A stretch of 64,000 nt of DNA from a bacterium (GCA_021786295.1 JAJYNO010000024.1:31848-95847), one strand, 5' to 3'; counted from the first letter of the stretch, positions 38,062-47,687 are shown. Program-made: numbers and translations. The notes: generated by a model from the letters alone, not told the origin.

Positions 38062-39185
38062 CTGTCTATCTCCGGTATCACGAGGTCCAGGCTGCCCATG
38101 ATCGCAATGATATCGGCGATGTTGCAGCCGACGGCTATCTCCCTGAGCACGCTGAGGTTGGAAAACGACGGGCTCCTGAACTTTACGCGGTACGGCCTCT
38201 CCGTGCCGTCGCTGACCACCCAGGCGCCGAACTCGCCGCGCGGCGACTCCACGCGGGCGTAGGCCTCGCCTGGGGCGGGCTTCAGGACGCGCGGCACCTT
38301 GGCCGAGACTTCGCCGGCGGGCAGCGCCGCGGCGGCCTGGCGCAGTATCTTCGCGGATTCGCGCATCTCGTCCATGCGCACCTTCAGGCGGGACCAGGTG
38401 TCGCGCCCCTCGGAAACTGGGACGCGGAAATCGAACTTGCCGTAGACCGAGTAGGGCGCGGTCCTGCGCAGGTCCCAGGCGGGGCCGGAGCCGCGCAGCG
38501 AGGGGCCGGTCACGCCGTAGTTCACGGCGAGTTCCGGGTCGAGCACGCCCACGCCCCTGGTCCTGGCCGTCAGTATGACGTTGTCTATCAGCAGCGCCTC
38601 GTACTCGTCCACCTTCTTCTCGAACGACGAGAGGAAGCGGGAGAGCCCCGGCAGGAAATCCTTCGGCAGGTCGTTCCTGAAGCCGCCTATGCGCAGCGCG
38701 TTGTGCGTCAGGCGGCCGCCGGTGGCCGCCTCCACCAGCGCGATGATCTCCTCGCGCTCGCGGAAGGCGTAGAAGATGGGCGTCAGCGCGCCCACGTCCA
38801 TGCCGAAGGCGGAGTACCACAGCAGGTGGCTCATGACGCGGTTGAGTTCGGCCAGGATCACTCGGATGTATTCGGCCCGCTCCGGCACCTGTATGCCGCA
38901 GAGCTTTTCCACGGCCAGCACGTAGGCCCATTCCAGGTTCACGGCGCCCAGGTAGTCCAGCCGGTCCAGGTAGGGCACTATCGCCGGGTAGGTCCTGTTC
39001 TCGCAGAGCTTCTCCACGCCGGAGTGGATGTAGCCCACGTCCGGGAACACGTCCTTGACCAGTTCCCCCTCAAGCTTGAGCACGACCCGCAGCACGCCGT
39101 GGGTCGACGGGTGCTGGGGGCCCATGTTCAGGATGTATTCCTTGTTGGAGAGCTTTTCCAGCTCAAAGGGGGCTTGTACGGGCAT
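38058..39185 (-). CDS. nuoD: NADH-quinone oxidoreductase subunit D
   Basis: 375 aa from MPVQAPFELE. NMGPQHPSTHGVLR motif. Confidence 0.9.
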   Translation of the reverse strand: MPVQAPFELEKLSNKEYILNMGPQHPSTHGVLRVVLKLEGELVKDVFPDVGYIHSGVEKLCENRTYPAIVPYLDRLDYLGAVNLEWAYVLAVEKLCGIQVPERAEYIRVILAELNRVMSHLLWYSAFGMDVGALTPIFYAFREREEIIALVEAATGGRLTHNALRIGGFRNDLPKDFLPGLSRFLSSFEKKVDEYEALLIDNVILTARTRGVGVLDPELAVNYGVTGPSLRGSGPAWDLRRTAPYSVYGKFDFRVPVSEGRDTWSRLKVRMDEMRESAKILRQAAAALPAGEVSAKVPRVLKPAPGEAYARVESPRGEFGAWVVSDGTERPYRVKFRSPSFSNLSVLREIAVGCNIADIIAIMGSLDLVIPEIDR

Positions 39186-39193
39186 CGGCCGGC

Positions 39194-39649
39194 TCAGACC
39201 GCGGGCAGCGGCGTCATCTCCTCGTGCTTGAAATCCTTGCGCAGCGGCGCTTCCACGCCGTCTGGCAGCAGCAGCTTCCCGGGGCAGGGGTGGCCGGAGA
39301 ACTCCACGCCGAACATCTCCGCCGTCTCGCGCTCGTGCCATTCGGCCGTCCTGAAGATGCCGCTGACGGAGGGCGCGGAAGGGTTGGCGCGGTCCAGGCG
39401 CGTCCTAACGGAAGCGTCGGTCCTGGAGACGTAGGAGAAGAGGCGGTAGACCAGCTCTATCAGGTTCTCCGACGGAAGGTCCTTCGCCGTGACGAAGCTG
39501 AGGTGGCCGAAGCCGGACTTCTTGAGGGCGGCCAGGATGCCGGGGACCTCTTTGGCGGGCGCGAGGACGTCCAGCACCGAATCCGGCCCCACGGACCCGG
39601 AGGCGCCGGGCACCCTGTTCATGTCGCCGAGTATCTCTGAAGTGTTCAC
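39194..39649 (-). CDS. nuoC: NADH-quinone oxidoreductase subunit C
   Basis: [19 protein letters not shown] motif. GTG 39649 overlaps the nuoB stop (GTGA). Alternative ATG at 39622. Confidence 0.8.
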   Translation of the reverse strand: MNTSEILGDMNRVPGASGSVGPDSVLDVLAPAKEVPGILAALKKSGFGHLSFVTAKDLPSENLIELVYRLFSYVSRTDASVRTRLDRANPSAPSVSGIFRTAEWHERETAEMFGVEFSGHPCPGKLLLPDGVEAPLRKDFKHEEMTPLPAV

Positions 39650-40161
39650 GCTGCCTCCGCGGTGAATTTGGATTGTTTTATCTTTTTCTGCAGTTTCAGC
39701 ATGCCGTCCAGCAGGGCCTCGGGCCTCGGCGGACAGCCGGGGACGTAGATGTCCACGGGAACTATCTTGTCCGCGCCCTTGACCACCGAATAGGTGTCGT
39801 AGGCGAACGGACCTCCGGAGATGGCGCAGGAGCCCATGGCTATCACGTACTTGGGTTCCGCCATCTGCGCGTAGAGGCGCCTGACGAGCGGGACCATCTT
39901 CGTCGTGACCGTGCCGGCTACTATCATCAGGTCCGCGCGGCGCGGGGAGGCCGCCGGCACCTCGAAGCCGAAGCGCGCCCAGTCGTAGCGGGCCGCGCCC
40001 GCGGCCATCATTTCCATCGCGCAGCAGCGCAGGCCGAAGGTCAGGGTCCACAATGCGTTGGCGCGGCCGGCGTTGATAGCCCACTCGGCCGCGGCCAGAA
40101 CCACCGGCGCTCCCGGGACTTTCCTGACCAGCCTTTCGTCCAGGCCGTCCGTCAGTCCCAT
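39646..40161 (-). CDS. nuoB: NADH-quinone oxidoreductase subunit B
   Basis: 171 aa from [24 protein letters not shown] and PGCPPRPE cluster-N2 motifs. Confidence 0.9.
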   Translation of the reverse strand: MGLTDGLDERLVRKVPGAPVVLAAAEWAINAGRANALWTLTFGLRCCAMEMMAAGAARYDWARFGFEVPAASPRRADLMIVAGTVTTKMVPLVRRLYAQMAEPKYVIAMGSCAISGGPFAYDTYSVVKGADKIVPVDIYVPGCPPRPEALLDGMLKLQKKIKQSKFTAEAA

Positions 40162-40514
40162 TTCAGTTCCCCCTTCTTCCAGGCGTAAGCCAGGCCCAGC
40201 AGCAGTATGGCTATAAAAATTAGCACCTCTATGAACGGTGCGAGCCCCTCGAGGGACCCGTAGACCACCGCCCACGGCAGCAGGAAAGCGGCCTCTACGG
40301 CGAAGACCACGTACATGACGGCGAAGACGTAGAAGCGCAGACTGTAGCGCACGCGGGCCTCGCCTATCGGGTCCAGGCCGCACTCGTAAGTGGTCAGTCT
40401 CTCGGCGCTCTTGCCGCGCGGCATGAGCAGATAATTGGACGCCACTCCGCCTATCACGAAGATGTGGGCGAAGGCGAGGAAGACCAGCAGTGTTCCGTAT
40501 TCCATGTATGACAA
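40152..40514 (-). CDS. nuoA: NADH-quinone oxidoreductase subunit A
   Basis: 120 aa, three TM helices. First gene of the operon. Confidence 0.9.
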   Translation of the reverse strand: MSYMEYGTLLVFLAFAHIFVIGGVASNYLLMPRGKSAERLTTYECGLDPIGEARVRYSLRFYVFAVMYVVFAVEAAFLLPWAVVYGSLEGLAPFIEVLIFIAILLLGLAYAWKKGELKWD

Positions 40515-40744
40515 GGCTCAAAAACCGCGGCGCGCCGGCCCCGCCCGCCCGGGCGTTCCTGACCGGGAAGCGCCGGGAGCGGATAAATATTTTCTCAAAA
40601 TTGGAGGGTTTTTGTCAATATTAGGGCCGGTTCCCGGGCTGCGGTGCGGTCTTTGCGCGCGAAGCGGGTCATATTCCGCGGCGGGCGCGGCCCGCCAGGG
40701 CATAAAGAAGTAGAATTACGGAGGAGCTGAAGCGGGAAACAGGA

Positions 40745-41278
40745 ATGGACGAAAAGGGACTGCTGCGTCGCATAGCCGCCGGGGAGAAGGAGTTCTTCGG
40801 CGAACTGGTGCTGCGCCACCAGGACTTCATCTTCAACGCCGTGCGGAACTTCGTCAGGCTGGAGGAGGAGGCGCGCGACATTACGCAGGACGTCTTCCTG
40901 AAGGCTTACGAGAACATGGACAAGTTCCGCGGCGAGTCCAAGTTCTCTTCCTGGCTCTACCGCATAGCCTACAACCTGAGCGTCAACTGGTCGGAGAGGC
41001 GGCGCGGGCGCGAGACGCAGCTGGACGATTCCTTCGCCGACACCGTTCCGGACGACGCCGGGTCCGCGGACGAGCAGTTCGACCGGGCGTTGGTTCTCTC
41101 GCGGATAAAGGAGGTGATAGCGGAGCTGCCGGGCAAGTACAGCGTGGTGCTCAAGCTCTATTACTTCGAGGACCGCTCCTACCAGGAGATAGCGGACACG
41201 CTGGGGATACCGCTGAACACCGTGAAGATACAGCTGCTGCGCGCCAGGGGACTGGTGAGGAAAAAACTGGATTTCTGA
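40745..41278 (+). CDS. ECF (sigma-70 family) RNA polymerase sigma factor
   Basis: 177 aa. Region 2 (DITQDVFLKAY, FSSWLYRIAYN) and region 4 (SYQEIADTLGIPLNTVK). Confidence 0.85.
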   Translation: MDEKGLLRRIAAGEKEFFGELVLRHQDFIFNAVRNFVRLEEEARDITQDVFLKAYENMDKFRGESKFSSWLYRIAYNLSVNWSERRRGRETQLDDSFADTVPDDAGSADEQFDRALVLSRIKEVIAELPGKYSVVLKLYYFEDRSYQEIADTLGIPLNTVKIQLLRARGLVRKKLDF

Positions 41279-41360
41279 GAACGGGTGAAACATTTTCCCG
41301 GTCCGCGTGTCATATGGAGTGACGGGCCCTGGAAGGGCCCGGGAGAACAAGGGAGAAAAT

Positions 41361-42278
41361 ATGATCAAAGGTCTGATAAAACTTTCGCTTCTGACGGCCC
41401 TCGTGGTCGGCTTGATCCTGCTGATGCAGCGCGTGGGGCCGCTCAGCCCGGATACCCGCGTGATGCTCAAATACCTGGGTCTGGGTTCGCTGGGCCTGGC
41501 CGCGCTGGGCATGATCTCGCTGACCGCGATAGCCCTGACCGCGATAGTGATGGGGCTCTCCTTCGCCAAGGGCGTGGGCGGCTGGTCGGCCAGGCGCAAG
41601 GAGCGTTCCGGGCGCGGCGGGGCTTTCGTGGCGGATATCGTGGGCGGGGCGATCCGCGGCGCCGCCGGCGCGGCGGGAGAGGCCTATTCGCCTTCCTCCC
41701 CGCGCAAGGTGGAGCTCTCGCTCGAGAACTACGCCTTCCCCGGCTTCAGGATAAAGACGATGAGCGGCGACCTGATCCTGACCGGGCACGAGGAGCCCGG
41801 CGCGAAGGCGACGGTGGAGATACTGGAGAAGGAGGAGGGCGACGCCGAGGCCTGTTTCGAGGACGGCGAGATAAAGCTGAGGACGAAGAGCGGCAGGAAG
41901 GCGCTGATAGGCGACGCCACGGTGCTGCTGCCGGCCAGGCTGGCGAGCCTCTCCGCCGAGAGCGTGAACGGCGACATAGCGATAAGCGGCTTCCTCACCG
42001 AGGCCCCGTCCTTCTTCAAGGGCGTGAACGGGGACATCTCGGTCACCGCGCTCAAGAACGGCAGCGAGGTCGGGGTGAAGACCGTCAGCGGAGACGTGGA
42101 GGTGAGGGACTCGCAGTTCGCCTCGCTGCTGGCCCAGAGCATCAGCGGCGACGTGACCGTGGAGGGTTCCTCCGCCGAGAACGCCGTGATAAAGACCGTC
42201 AGCGGCGACATAGACTGCTCCGGCAGCAGCATAAGGAATCCCACGATAAAGACCGTAAGCGGCGCCGTCAGCCGGTAG
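41361..42278 (+). CDS. Membrane protein with C-terminal DUF4097-like repeat domain (possible anti-sigma partner)
   Basis: Start at MIKGLIKLS (GGGAGAA SD). Two to three TM helices. Repeated xSGDIxV/NGDIxI strands (GDIAISG, NGDISV, SGDVEV, SGDVTV, SGDIDC). Confidence 0.65.
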   Translation: MIKGLIKLSLLTALVVGLILLMQRVGPLSPDTRVMLKYLGLGSLGLAALGMISLTAIALTAIVMGLSFAKGVGGWSARRKERSGRGGAFVADIVGGAIRGAAGAAGEAYSPSSPRKVELSLENYAFPGFRIKTMSGDLILTGHEEPGAKATVEILEKEEGDAEACFEDGEIKLRTKSGRKALIGDATVLLPARLASLSAESVNGDIAISGFLTEAPSFFKGVNGDISVTALKNGSEVGVKTVSGDVEVRDSQFASLLAQSISGDVTVEGSSAENAVIKTVSGDIDCSGSSIRNPTIKTVSGAVSR

Positions 42279-42290
42279 CGGTCCGGGGAG

Positions 42291-42776
42291 TTATTTCTTC
42301 GCGGCGGTGAGGGCGGCCAGGAACAGGTAGTCTGAAAGGCGGTTCAGGTAGACGGCTGCGTTCTTTTCCTTCAGTTCCCAGGCCAGGATCTCGCAGGTCC
42401 TGGTCCGCGAGCGGGCCAGGTGGGCCAGGGCTTCCGTCTCGTTCGCCCCGGGCAGGACGAACTTTTTCGGGGGTTTTACCGCTTCGGAAAGTTCCTCTAT
42501 CAGCCGCTCCAGGGCCTTCGTCTCCGCGGAGAGGCAGGCCCCGGAGCCGGCTATCGCTCCTGAGGCCTTCACCAGACCGGCCTGCGCCGAGGCGAGCCCG
42601 GCGCGCAGCCGCCTGGCCCGCAGACCGGTCCTCAGCAGGCCGATCATGGCCGACAGTTCGTCCAGCAGTGCGTTGAGCTTGACGCGGCGGTGCGTCTTCG
42701 GGACGCGGCGCCCGCCCAGCAGGTCGGTAAAGCCGAGGTCGCCGGTTCCGATGGACGGTTTGAAATGCGCCGGCAT
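42291..42776 (-). CDS. PduO-type ATP:cob(I)alamin adenosyltransferase
   Basis: 161 aa. TGDLGFTDLLGG N-terminal motif and YLNRLSDYLF C-terminal motif. Confidence 0.8.
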   Translation of the reverse strand: MPAHFKPSIGTGDLGFTDLLGGRRVPKTHRRVKLNALLDELSAMIGLLRTGLRARRLRAGLASAQAGLVKASGAIAGSGACLSAETKALERLIEELSEAVKPPKKFVLPGANETEALAHLARSRTRTCEILAWELKEKNAAVYLNRLSDYLFLAALTAAKK

Positions 42777-43138
42777 CAGGGTTTGAACTTCTTTATCTTT
42801 TCCAGCACGAAATCGGCCAGCCTGCGCGGCATCCCGGCGGCGGCCTCCTCGAACCTCCTCGCGGTGGGGGCCGGGTCGAAGAGTCCGTCTGCCACCAGCA
42901 CGGGTGAAGCCTTGTGGGTCCCGGAGTTCTCTCCGTCGTCCACCCCGGAGTGGCGGTAGCCGTTCTTCTTCGTCCAGGTGAGGGCGCGCTGGTAGTATTG
43001 CAGATCGTAGCAGAGCTGGAAGCCCCAGACCGAGTCGTCAGGCTCCAGCCAGATTATCAGGTCGAAGTAGTCGTCCGTGAACCAGCGCCGCTTCGGTTCG
43101 CCGGCTATCTGCCTGACGTTTTCTGCTTCGCGAAGCAT
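42776..43138 (-). CDS. Hypothetical protein (no family recognised), coupled to the adenosyltransferase
   Basis: 120 aa. Its stop overlaps the downstream ATG by 1 nt. Composition looks coding (Trp/Tyr/Asp-rich). Confidence 0.5.
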   Translation of the reverse strand: MLREAENVRQIAGEPKRRWFTDDYFDLIIWLEPDDSVWGFQLCYDLQYYQRALTWTKKNGYRHSGVDDGENSGTHKASPVLVADGLFDPAPTARRFEEAAAGMPRRLADFVLEKIKKFKP

Positions 43139-43205
43139 AATCCAGATTCTACCACTTTCAAGCCAGGCGCGGCTGCCGCCCCTTGAACGGGGCTTGAAGC
43201 CGGCG

Positions 43206-43214
43206 TGCTATAAT
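43206..43214 (+). promoter_or_regulatory. Extended -10 promoter element TGcTATAAT for nfu
   Basis: GTGCTATAATTTAGAC, followed by a leader with an AAGGAG SD before ATG 43242. Confidence 0.45.
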
Positions 43215-43241
43215 TTAGACTGGTTCCCTAAGGAGACTATC

Positions 43242-43466
43242 ATGAAAGACAAGGTTGAAAAAGCTATCTCCAAGATCAGGCCCATGCTGGCGGCCGACGG
43301 GGGCTCCGTGGAACTGGTCAAGGTCGACGAGGCAAAGGGCATAGTCACCGTGCGCCTGACCGGCGCCTGCGGCAGCTGCCCGTACTCCACGATGACGCTG
43401 AAGAACGTCGTGGAGCGCATGATACGCGAAGAGGTCCCCGAAGTAAAGGAAGTGGCGGTAGGCTGA
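43242..43466 (+). CDS. NifU C-terminal domain (Nfu-type) Fe-S assembly protein
   Basis: 74 aa. GGSVELV...GACGSCPYSTMTLK motif. Confidence 0.85.
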   Translation: MKDKVEKAISKIRPMLAADGGSVELVKVDEAKGIVTVRLTGACGSCPYSTMTLKNVVERMIREEVPEVKEVAVG

Positions 43467-43488
43467 CCTTCCGCGGGGGAGCGGCGCT

Positions 43489-44298
43489 ATGGCGCTGATA
43501 AACCTCCACAACCATTCCAGCTACTCCGACGGTACGCTGGACCCCGGCGCGCTGGCGCGAGAGGCGGCCCGCGCCGGGCTCGCCTACTTTTCCCTGACGG
43601 ACCACGACGCCACCGGCGGCTGGGCCGAGATGGGCCCCGCCCTGAAGCGCGAAGGGATCGCCTACTGCTACGGCGTGGAGATCAGCACCAGCCTGCACGA
43701 GAACCTGCATATACTGGGCTACGGCATCGATCCGGAAGACCCCGTCCTGGCCGCCAGGCTGGCGGAGTTCCGCGGCCGCCGCGCCGCCCGCATAAAGAAG
43801 ATACTGGACCTGCTGCGCGGTCTGGGCATCGGTATAGCTTTCGAAGAGCTTCCGGTGCCGGAGGGGAGGACCGTCGGCCGCCCGCATATAGCCGACCTGC
43901 TGCGCAGGCGCGGCCTGGTCAACAGCCGCTCGCAGGCCTTCAGGCGCTATCTGGCCCCCGGAGCGCCGGCCTACGTGGAGCCCAACGGCCCCTCGGTGGA
44001 GGAGGCCATCCGCGCTGTCAGGGAGGCCGGTGGCAGGGCCGTGCTGGCCCACCCGGGCGTGGTGGCGAAGGTGCTGGACCTGCCCGCCTGGAAGGAGGCC
44101 GGGCTGGGGGGCATAGAGGCCTTCTACCCGGCCCATACCGGGGCGGCCACGCGCGAGTTCCTCTCGCTGGCCGCGCGCCACGGCCTGTTCGTCACCGCGG
44201 GGATAGACTACCACGGCCCCGGCTCTGAGCGCGACAAGATGACAGGCTTCGAGTACTCCGACGAATATTTTTCCGAGGTGAAGAAGGCCTTCGTATGA
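43489..44298 (+). CDS. PHP-domain metal-dependent phosphoesterase (TrpH/YciV-like)
   Basis: 269 aa. N-terminal INLHNHSSYSDG. AHPG motif. Confidence 0.8.
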   Translation: MALINLHNHSSYSDGTLDPGALAREAARAGLAYFSLTDHDATGGWAEMGPALKREGIAYCYGVEISTSLHENLHILGYGIDPEDPVLAARLAEFRGRRAARIKKILDLLRGLGIGIAFEELPVPEGRTVGRPHIADLLRRRGLVNSRSQAFRRYLAPGAPAYVEPNGPSVEEAIRAVREAGGRAVLAHPGVVAKVLDLPAWKEAGLGGIEAFYPAHTGAATREFLSLAARHGLFVTAGIDYHGPGSERDKMTGFEYSDEYFSEVKKAFV

Positions 44299-45017
44299 GG
44301 ATAATAGCCCACCGCGGCGCCTCCGGCTACGCCCCGGAGAACACGCTTAAAGCTTTCAGTCTTGCAGTCGGGATGGGGGCCTCGGATTTCGAGTTCGACG
44401 TGCACCGCACTAAGGACGGCGTGCTGGTGGTCCACCACGACTACGACCTGAAGCGCACGGCCGGCAGCGAGGCCAGGATAGCCGATCTCGCTTACTCCGA
44501 ACTGCGGAAGTTAAACGTCGCGGCCCATTTCGCGCCAGATCCGTCCTTCCAGGCCGCGCCCTCCCTGGAGGCGGTCCTGGACGAGATAGGCCCGGCTGCG
44601 GGGCTGCTGAACCTGGAGGTAAAGAACGACGGCAACGTCTACCCGGGCATAGAGGAGCAGCTGCTGGCCTTCCTCGAAGAGCGCGCCGGTCTGAGGCAAA
44701 AGTCGCTGATCTCCAGCTTCGACCACGGCACGCTGAGGCGCTTCAGGGCCCTTTCCCCGGACCTGCGGCTGGGCTATCTGGGCCACGGCCTCAGCACCGT
44801 GCTGCTGGCGCCGGCGCTGGGCTGGGCCAGGGCCGTCAAGGCCGTCAATTTCCACATGGCGCTGCGTATAGCGTTCAGGGCCAACGTGGCCCTGATCCGG
44901 AAGGCGGGCTTCAACGTCTTCGTCTATACGGTCAACGGGAGGGAGGACGCGCTGCGCATGCGCGAGTTCGGGGTGGACGGCATCTTCACCAATTACCCGG
45001 ATATAATGGAAAAATGA
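44295..45017 (+). CDS. Glycerophosphodiester phosphodiesterase
   Basis: 240 aa. IIAHRGASGYAPENT and EFDVHRTKDG motifs. Confidence 0.85.
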   Translation: MRIIAHRGASGYAPENTLKAFSLAVGMGASDFEFDVHRTKDGVLVVHHDYDLKRTAGSEARIADLAYSELRKLNVAAHFAPDPSFQAAPSLEAVLDEIGPAAGLLNLEVKNDGNVYPGIEEQLLAFLEERAGLRQKSLISSFDHGTLRRFRALSPDLRLGYLGHGLSTVLLAPALGWARAVKAVNFHMALRIAFRANVALIRKAGFNVFVYTVNGREDALRMREFGVDGIFTNYPDIMEK

Positions 45018-46027
45018 CCATGGAAAAGACGCTTTCCGAAGAGATCGCCAGGCTTATGTCGCTCGGGCTGCACCGCCGCTGCGCCGAAGGCGCGCTGAAC
45101 TCCGTAGCCGCGCTGACGCTGGAGATAAACCGGCTCAAGAAGGAGCGCAACGCCGTGATCTGCGCCCACGTCTACCAGACCCCGGACATCATTCTCGGTG
45201 TCGGGGACTTCGTGGGCGACTCCTACAAACTTGCCGACGACTGCCGGAAGACGGACGCGGACGAGATAATCTTCTGCGGCGTGCACTTCATGGCGGAGAC
45301 CGCAAAGATCCTGAACCCCTCCAAGAAGGTCTATGTCCCCTCGGAGAGGGCGGGCTGCTCGCTCTCCGAGTCCATCACGGGCGAGGACGTGCGCGGGCTG
45401 AAGGCGCAGCACCCGGGGGTGCCCGTCGTCACCTACATCAATACCTCCGCCGAGGTGAAGGCCGAATCCGACTGCATCGTCACCAGCGCCAACGCGGAGA
45501 AGATACTGAAGAAGATCTACGCGGAGCACGAGAAGGTCATCTTCATCCCCGACCAGTTCATGGGCAGGAACCTGGCCAAGGCGCTGGGCAGGACGCCTGG
45601 CAAGGACATCGTCCTCTGGAACGGGACCTGCATAGTGCACGAGCGCTTCAGCCCGGAACTGATAAGGATGTACCGCGGGAAATACCCGGGCCTGGCGGTG
45701 CTGGCTCACGCGGAATGCCCGGAAGAGCTGATAGCGGCGGTGGACTTCATGGGCGGCACCGGGGACATGATGCGCTACGTCGAGAGCACCAACGCCTCCG
45801 CCTACCTGCTGGTGACCGAGTGCGGTTTCGGCGAGCTGGCCAAGCTGCGCTTCCCGGAGAAGAACTTTATAGCGATGTGCCGGCTCTGCCCGTACATGAA
45901 GTCGATCACGCTGAACAGCGTCCTCTCGCTGCTCAAGGACCCTTCCCCCAAAGAGGTCGCGGTCCCGGCGGACATAGCCGCCCGCGCGAAGAAGGCCATA
46001 GACAGGATGTTCGAGCTGGCTCAATAA
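45014..46027 (+). CDS. nadA: Quinolinate synthase
   Basis: 337 aa. AVICAHVYQ, FCGVHFMAETAKIL, and a conserved Cys in CPYMK. Confidence 0.9.
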   Translation: MTMEKTLSEEIARLMSLGLHRRCAEGALNSVAALTLEINRLKKERNAVICAHVYQTPDIILGVGDFVGDSYKLADDCRKTDADEIIFCGVHFMAETAKILNPSKKVYVPSERAGCSLSESITGEDVRGLKAQHPGVPVVTYINTSAEVKAESDCIVTSANAEKILKKIYAEHEKVIFIPDQFMGRNLAKALGRTPGKDIVLWNGTCIVHERFSPELIRMYRGKYPGLAVLAHAECPEELIAAVDFMGGTGDMMRYVESTNASAYLLVTECGFGELAKLRFPEKNFIAMCRLCPYMKSITLNSVLSLLKDPSPKEVAVPADIAARAKKAIDRMFELAQ

Positions 46028-46077
46028 CCGGCCTCCGGGCCCTTGCCGTCTCCAGCGGCCGGGGCTATAATATCCCC

Positions 46078-47553
46078 GTGGGTATCAACGCCGCCAGAAC
46101 GCTGCTGGCCCTGCTGCTGGCCGCAGCGCCGGCCCTAGCCGCCGGGGGGAACGCCTCCCCGCTGGAGCAGTTGCGCGCCGTCTCCGGCCCTTCGCGGCCG
46201 TCCCCGGACGATTCCGCCTGCCGCCTGGGCCAGACCCCGCCCTGCGCGGGGGAGGCCGCCGAGGCCGCGCTGGCCCATGACGAGTGGCTGAAGGCGGACA
46301 AGCTCTACGCCCCGGGGACCTTCACGCCGCCGTCGCAGAAGCGCATAGACTCGGCCCCCAGCTACGACGTGATGTTCCAGTGCTTCCACTGGTTCGCGGA
46401 CAATTACTGGCTGCACGAGGACGGCGGCTGGTGGGGCGTGATAGCCGCGCACGCCGACGACCTGAAGAAGGCCGGCGTCACGATGGTCTGGTTCCCCCCC
46501 GCCGGCATAGGGAGCTATTACCAGCGTTCGTATTACAACCTGCATTCGCAGTGGGGCACGCGAGGGGGGCTGGAGAAGGCGATAGCCGCCATGCACAGGG
46601 ACGGCATAAAAGTGCTGGCGGACGCGGTGCTCAACCACAGGAGCGGCCGCGACGGCTGGGCGGACTTCTACAGCCCCGACTGGCCGACCACCGTGGTGGT
46701 GCAGAACGATTCCTGGCCGGGAATTCCAGGGGAACCCGACAACGGCAAAAGCCCGAACTACTCGGAGGGGATGCTCGACCCCGGCTCGCGCAATCTCGAC
46801 CACAGGAACCCGCAGGTGATGCGCGACCAGATAGTCTTCCTGCGCTGGCTGCGCTATACGCTGGGCTACGACGGCTGGCGCTACGATTTCGTCAACGGCT
46901 ACGCGCCGGCTCACGTGGGGGAGTTCAACGAGGCCACGCAGCCGGTGTTCAGCGTCGGCGAGTACTGGCAGCGCGACCGGCAGACGATAGTGAACTGGAT
47001 GGACGGGACGGACGGCTCTGCCGGCAAGGCGGACGCGTCCTCCGCCTTCGACTACCCGACGCACTTCAATTTGCAGGACGCGATAGCCTCCGACGACTAC
47101 GCGGGTCTGGACGACAACGGCAAGCCGTCGGGCATCATCGGCTGGTGGCCGATGAAGGCGGTCACGTTCGTGGAGAACCACGACACCGCCCCGCGCGACC
47201 CGAACTTCGTCTTTACCGAAGACTACAAGGACCAGCGGATGACGGCCTACGCCTACATCATGACACACCCGGGCATCCCGTGCGTGTTCTGGCCGCATTT
47301 CTTCGACTGGGGGCAAAGCTACCAGGACCAGATCGTAAAACTGATCTCCATCCGCAAGGCGGCCGGCATTAATTCCGTGAGCCCGGTGAGCGTGGTGGCC
47401 GCCGGTAAAGGGCTTTACGCGGCGCTGACTACTGGCGACAGGCAGGAGGTGGCGGTGAAGCTTGGCTCCTCCTGGGCCTGGAACCCGCCGGGCGCCGGCT
47501 GGTCCATGGCGGCCAGCGGCCCCAACTACGCCGTCTGGACCCGCCCGAAGTAG
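46078..47553 (+). CDS. Secreted GH13 alpha-amylase
   Basis: GTG start then signal peptide (ARTLLALLLAAAPALAA). GH13 regions DAVLNHR, GWRYDFVNGY, FVENHDT. The track ORF from 45715 overlaps nadA out of frame. Confidence 0.85.
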   Translation: MGINAARTLLALLLAAAPALAAGGNASPLEQLRAVSGPSRPSPDDSACRLGQTPPCAGEAAEAALAHDEWLKADKLYAPGTFTPPSQKRIDSAPSYDVMFQCFHWFADNYWLHEDGGWWGVIAAHADDLKKAGVTMVWFPPAGIGSYYQRSYYNLHSQWGTRGGLEKAIAAMHRDGIKVLADAVLNHRSGRDGWADFYSPDWPTTVVVQNDSWPGIPGEPDNGKSPNYSEGMLDPGSRNLDHRNPQVMRDQIVFLRWLRYTLGYDGWRYDFVNGYAPAHVGEFNEATQPVFSVGEYWQRDRQTIVNWMDGTDGSAGKADASSAFDYPTHFNLQDAIASDDYAGLDDNGKPSGIIGWWPMKAVTFVENHDTAPRDPNFVFTEDYKDQRMTAYAYIMTHPGIPCVFWPHFFDWGQSYQDQIVKLISIRKAAGINSVSPVSVVAAGKGLYAALTTGDRQEVAVKLGSSWAWNPPGAGWSMAASGPNYAVWTRPK

Positions 47554-47575
47554 CACCCCTGTTACTAAAACAATG

Positions 47576-47600
47576 AGCCCCGCGCCTACGGGGCTTTTTT
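47576..47600 (+). terminator. Terminator between convergent amylase and icd
   Basis: AGCCCC-GCGCCTAC-GGGGCT followed by TTTTT. Confidence 0.7.
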
Positions 47601-47687
47601 ACTTCCGTTCCCAGCTTCGGGTTGTCGTTCCGCAGGATGCGAAGTCGGCGGCTGTCCTGGGGTTCTTGTTTGCGGGCTGGTCGCGCG

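Noticed and set aside
37003-38931. 642-aa ORF extending nuoH across nuoD
   Set aside because: The extension is out of frame with the well-conserved nuoD. NuoH homology starts near the GTG at 38061, which overlaps the nuoD stop. Similar spurious N-terminal extensions were trimmed for 10264-11991, 25354-26886, 32327-34015, 38058-39341, 39194-40084, 39646-40521, 45715-47553, 53093-55108, 56221-57330, 56964-57737, 57452-58402, 2850-3743 and 6107-6895.
40515-40744. Promoters for nuoA and the divergent ECF sigma gene
   Set aside because: A TTGACA is present on the minus strand (around 40612-40617) but without a well-spaced -10. TAGAAT occurs near 40712 on the + strand without a -35 or an ECF-type GAAC/CGTC pair. 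This is too ambiguous to annotate.
43183-43199. TTGAAC / TTGAAG hexamers as the -35 for the nfu promoter
   Set aside because: Spacing to the TATAAT is 20 nt and 9 nt respectively, outside the functional 16-19 nt range. The extended -10 (TGcTATAAT) is the better explanation.
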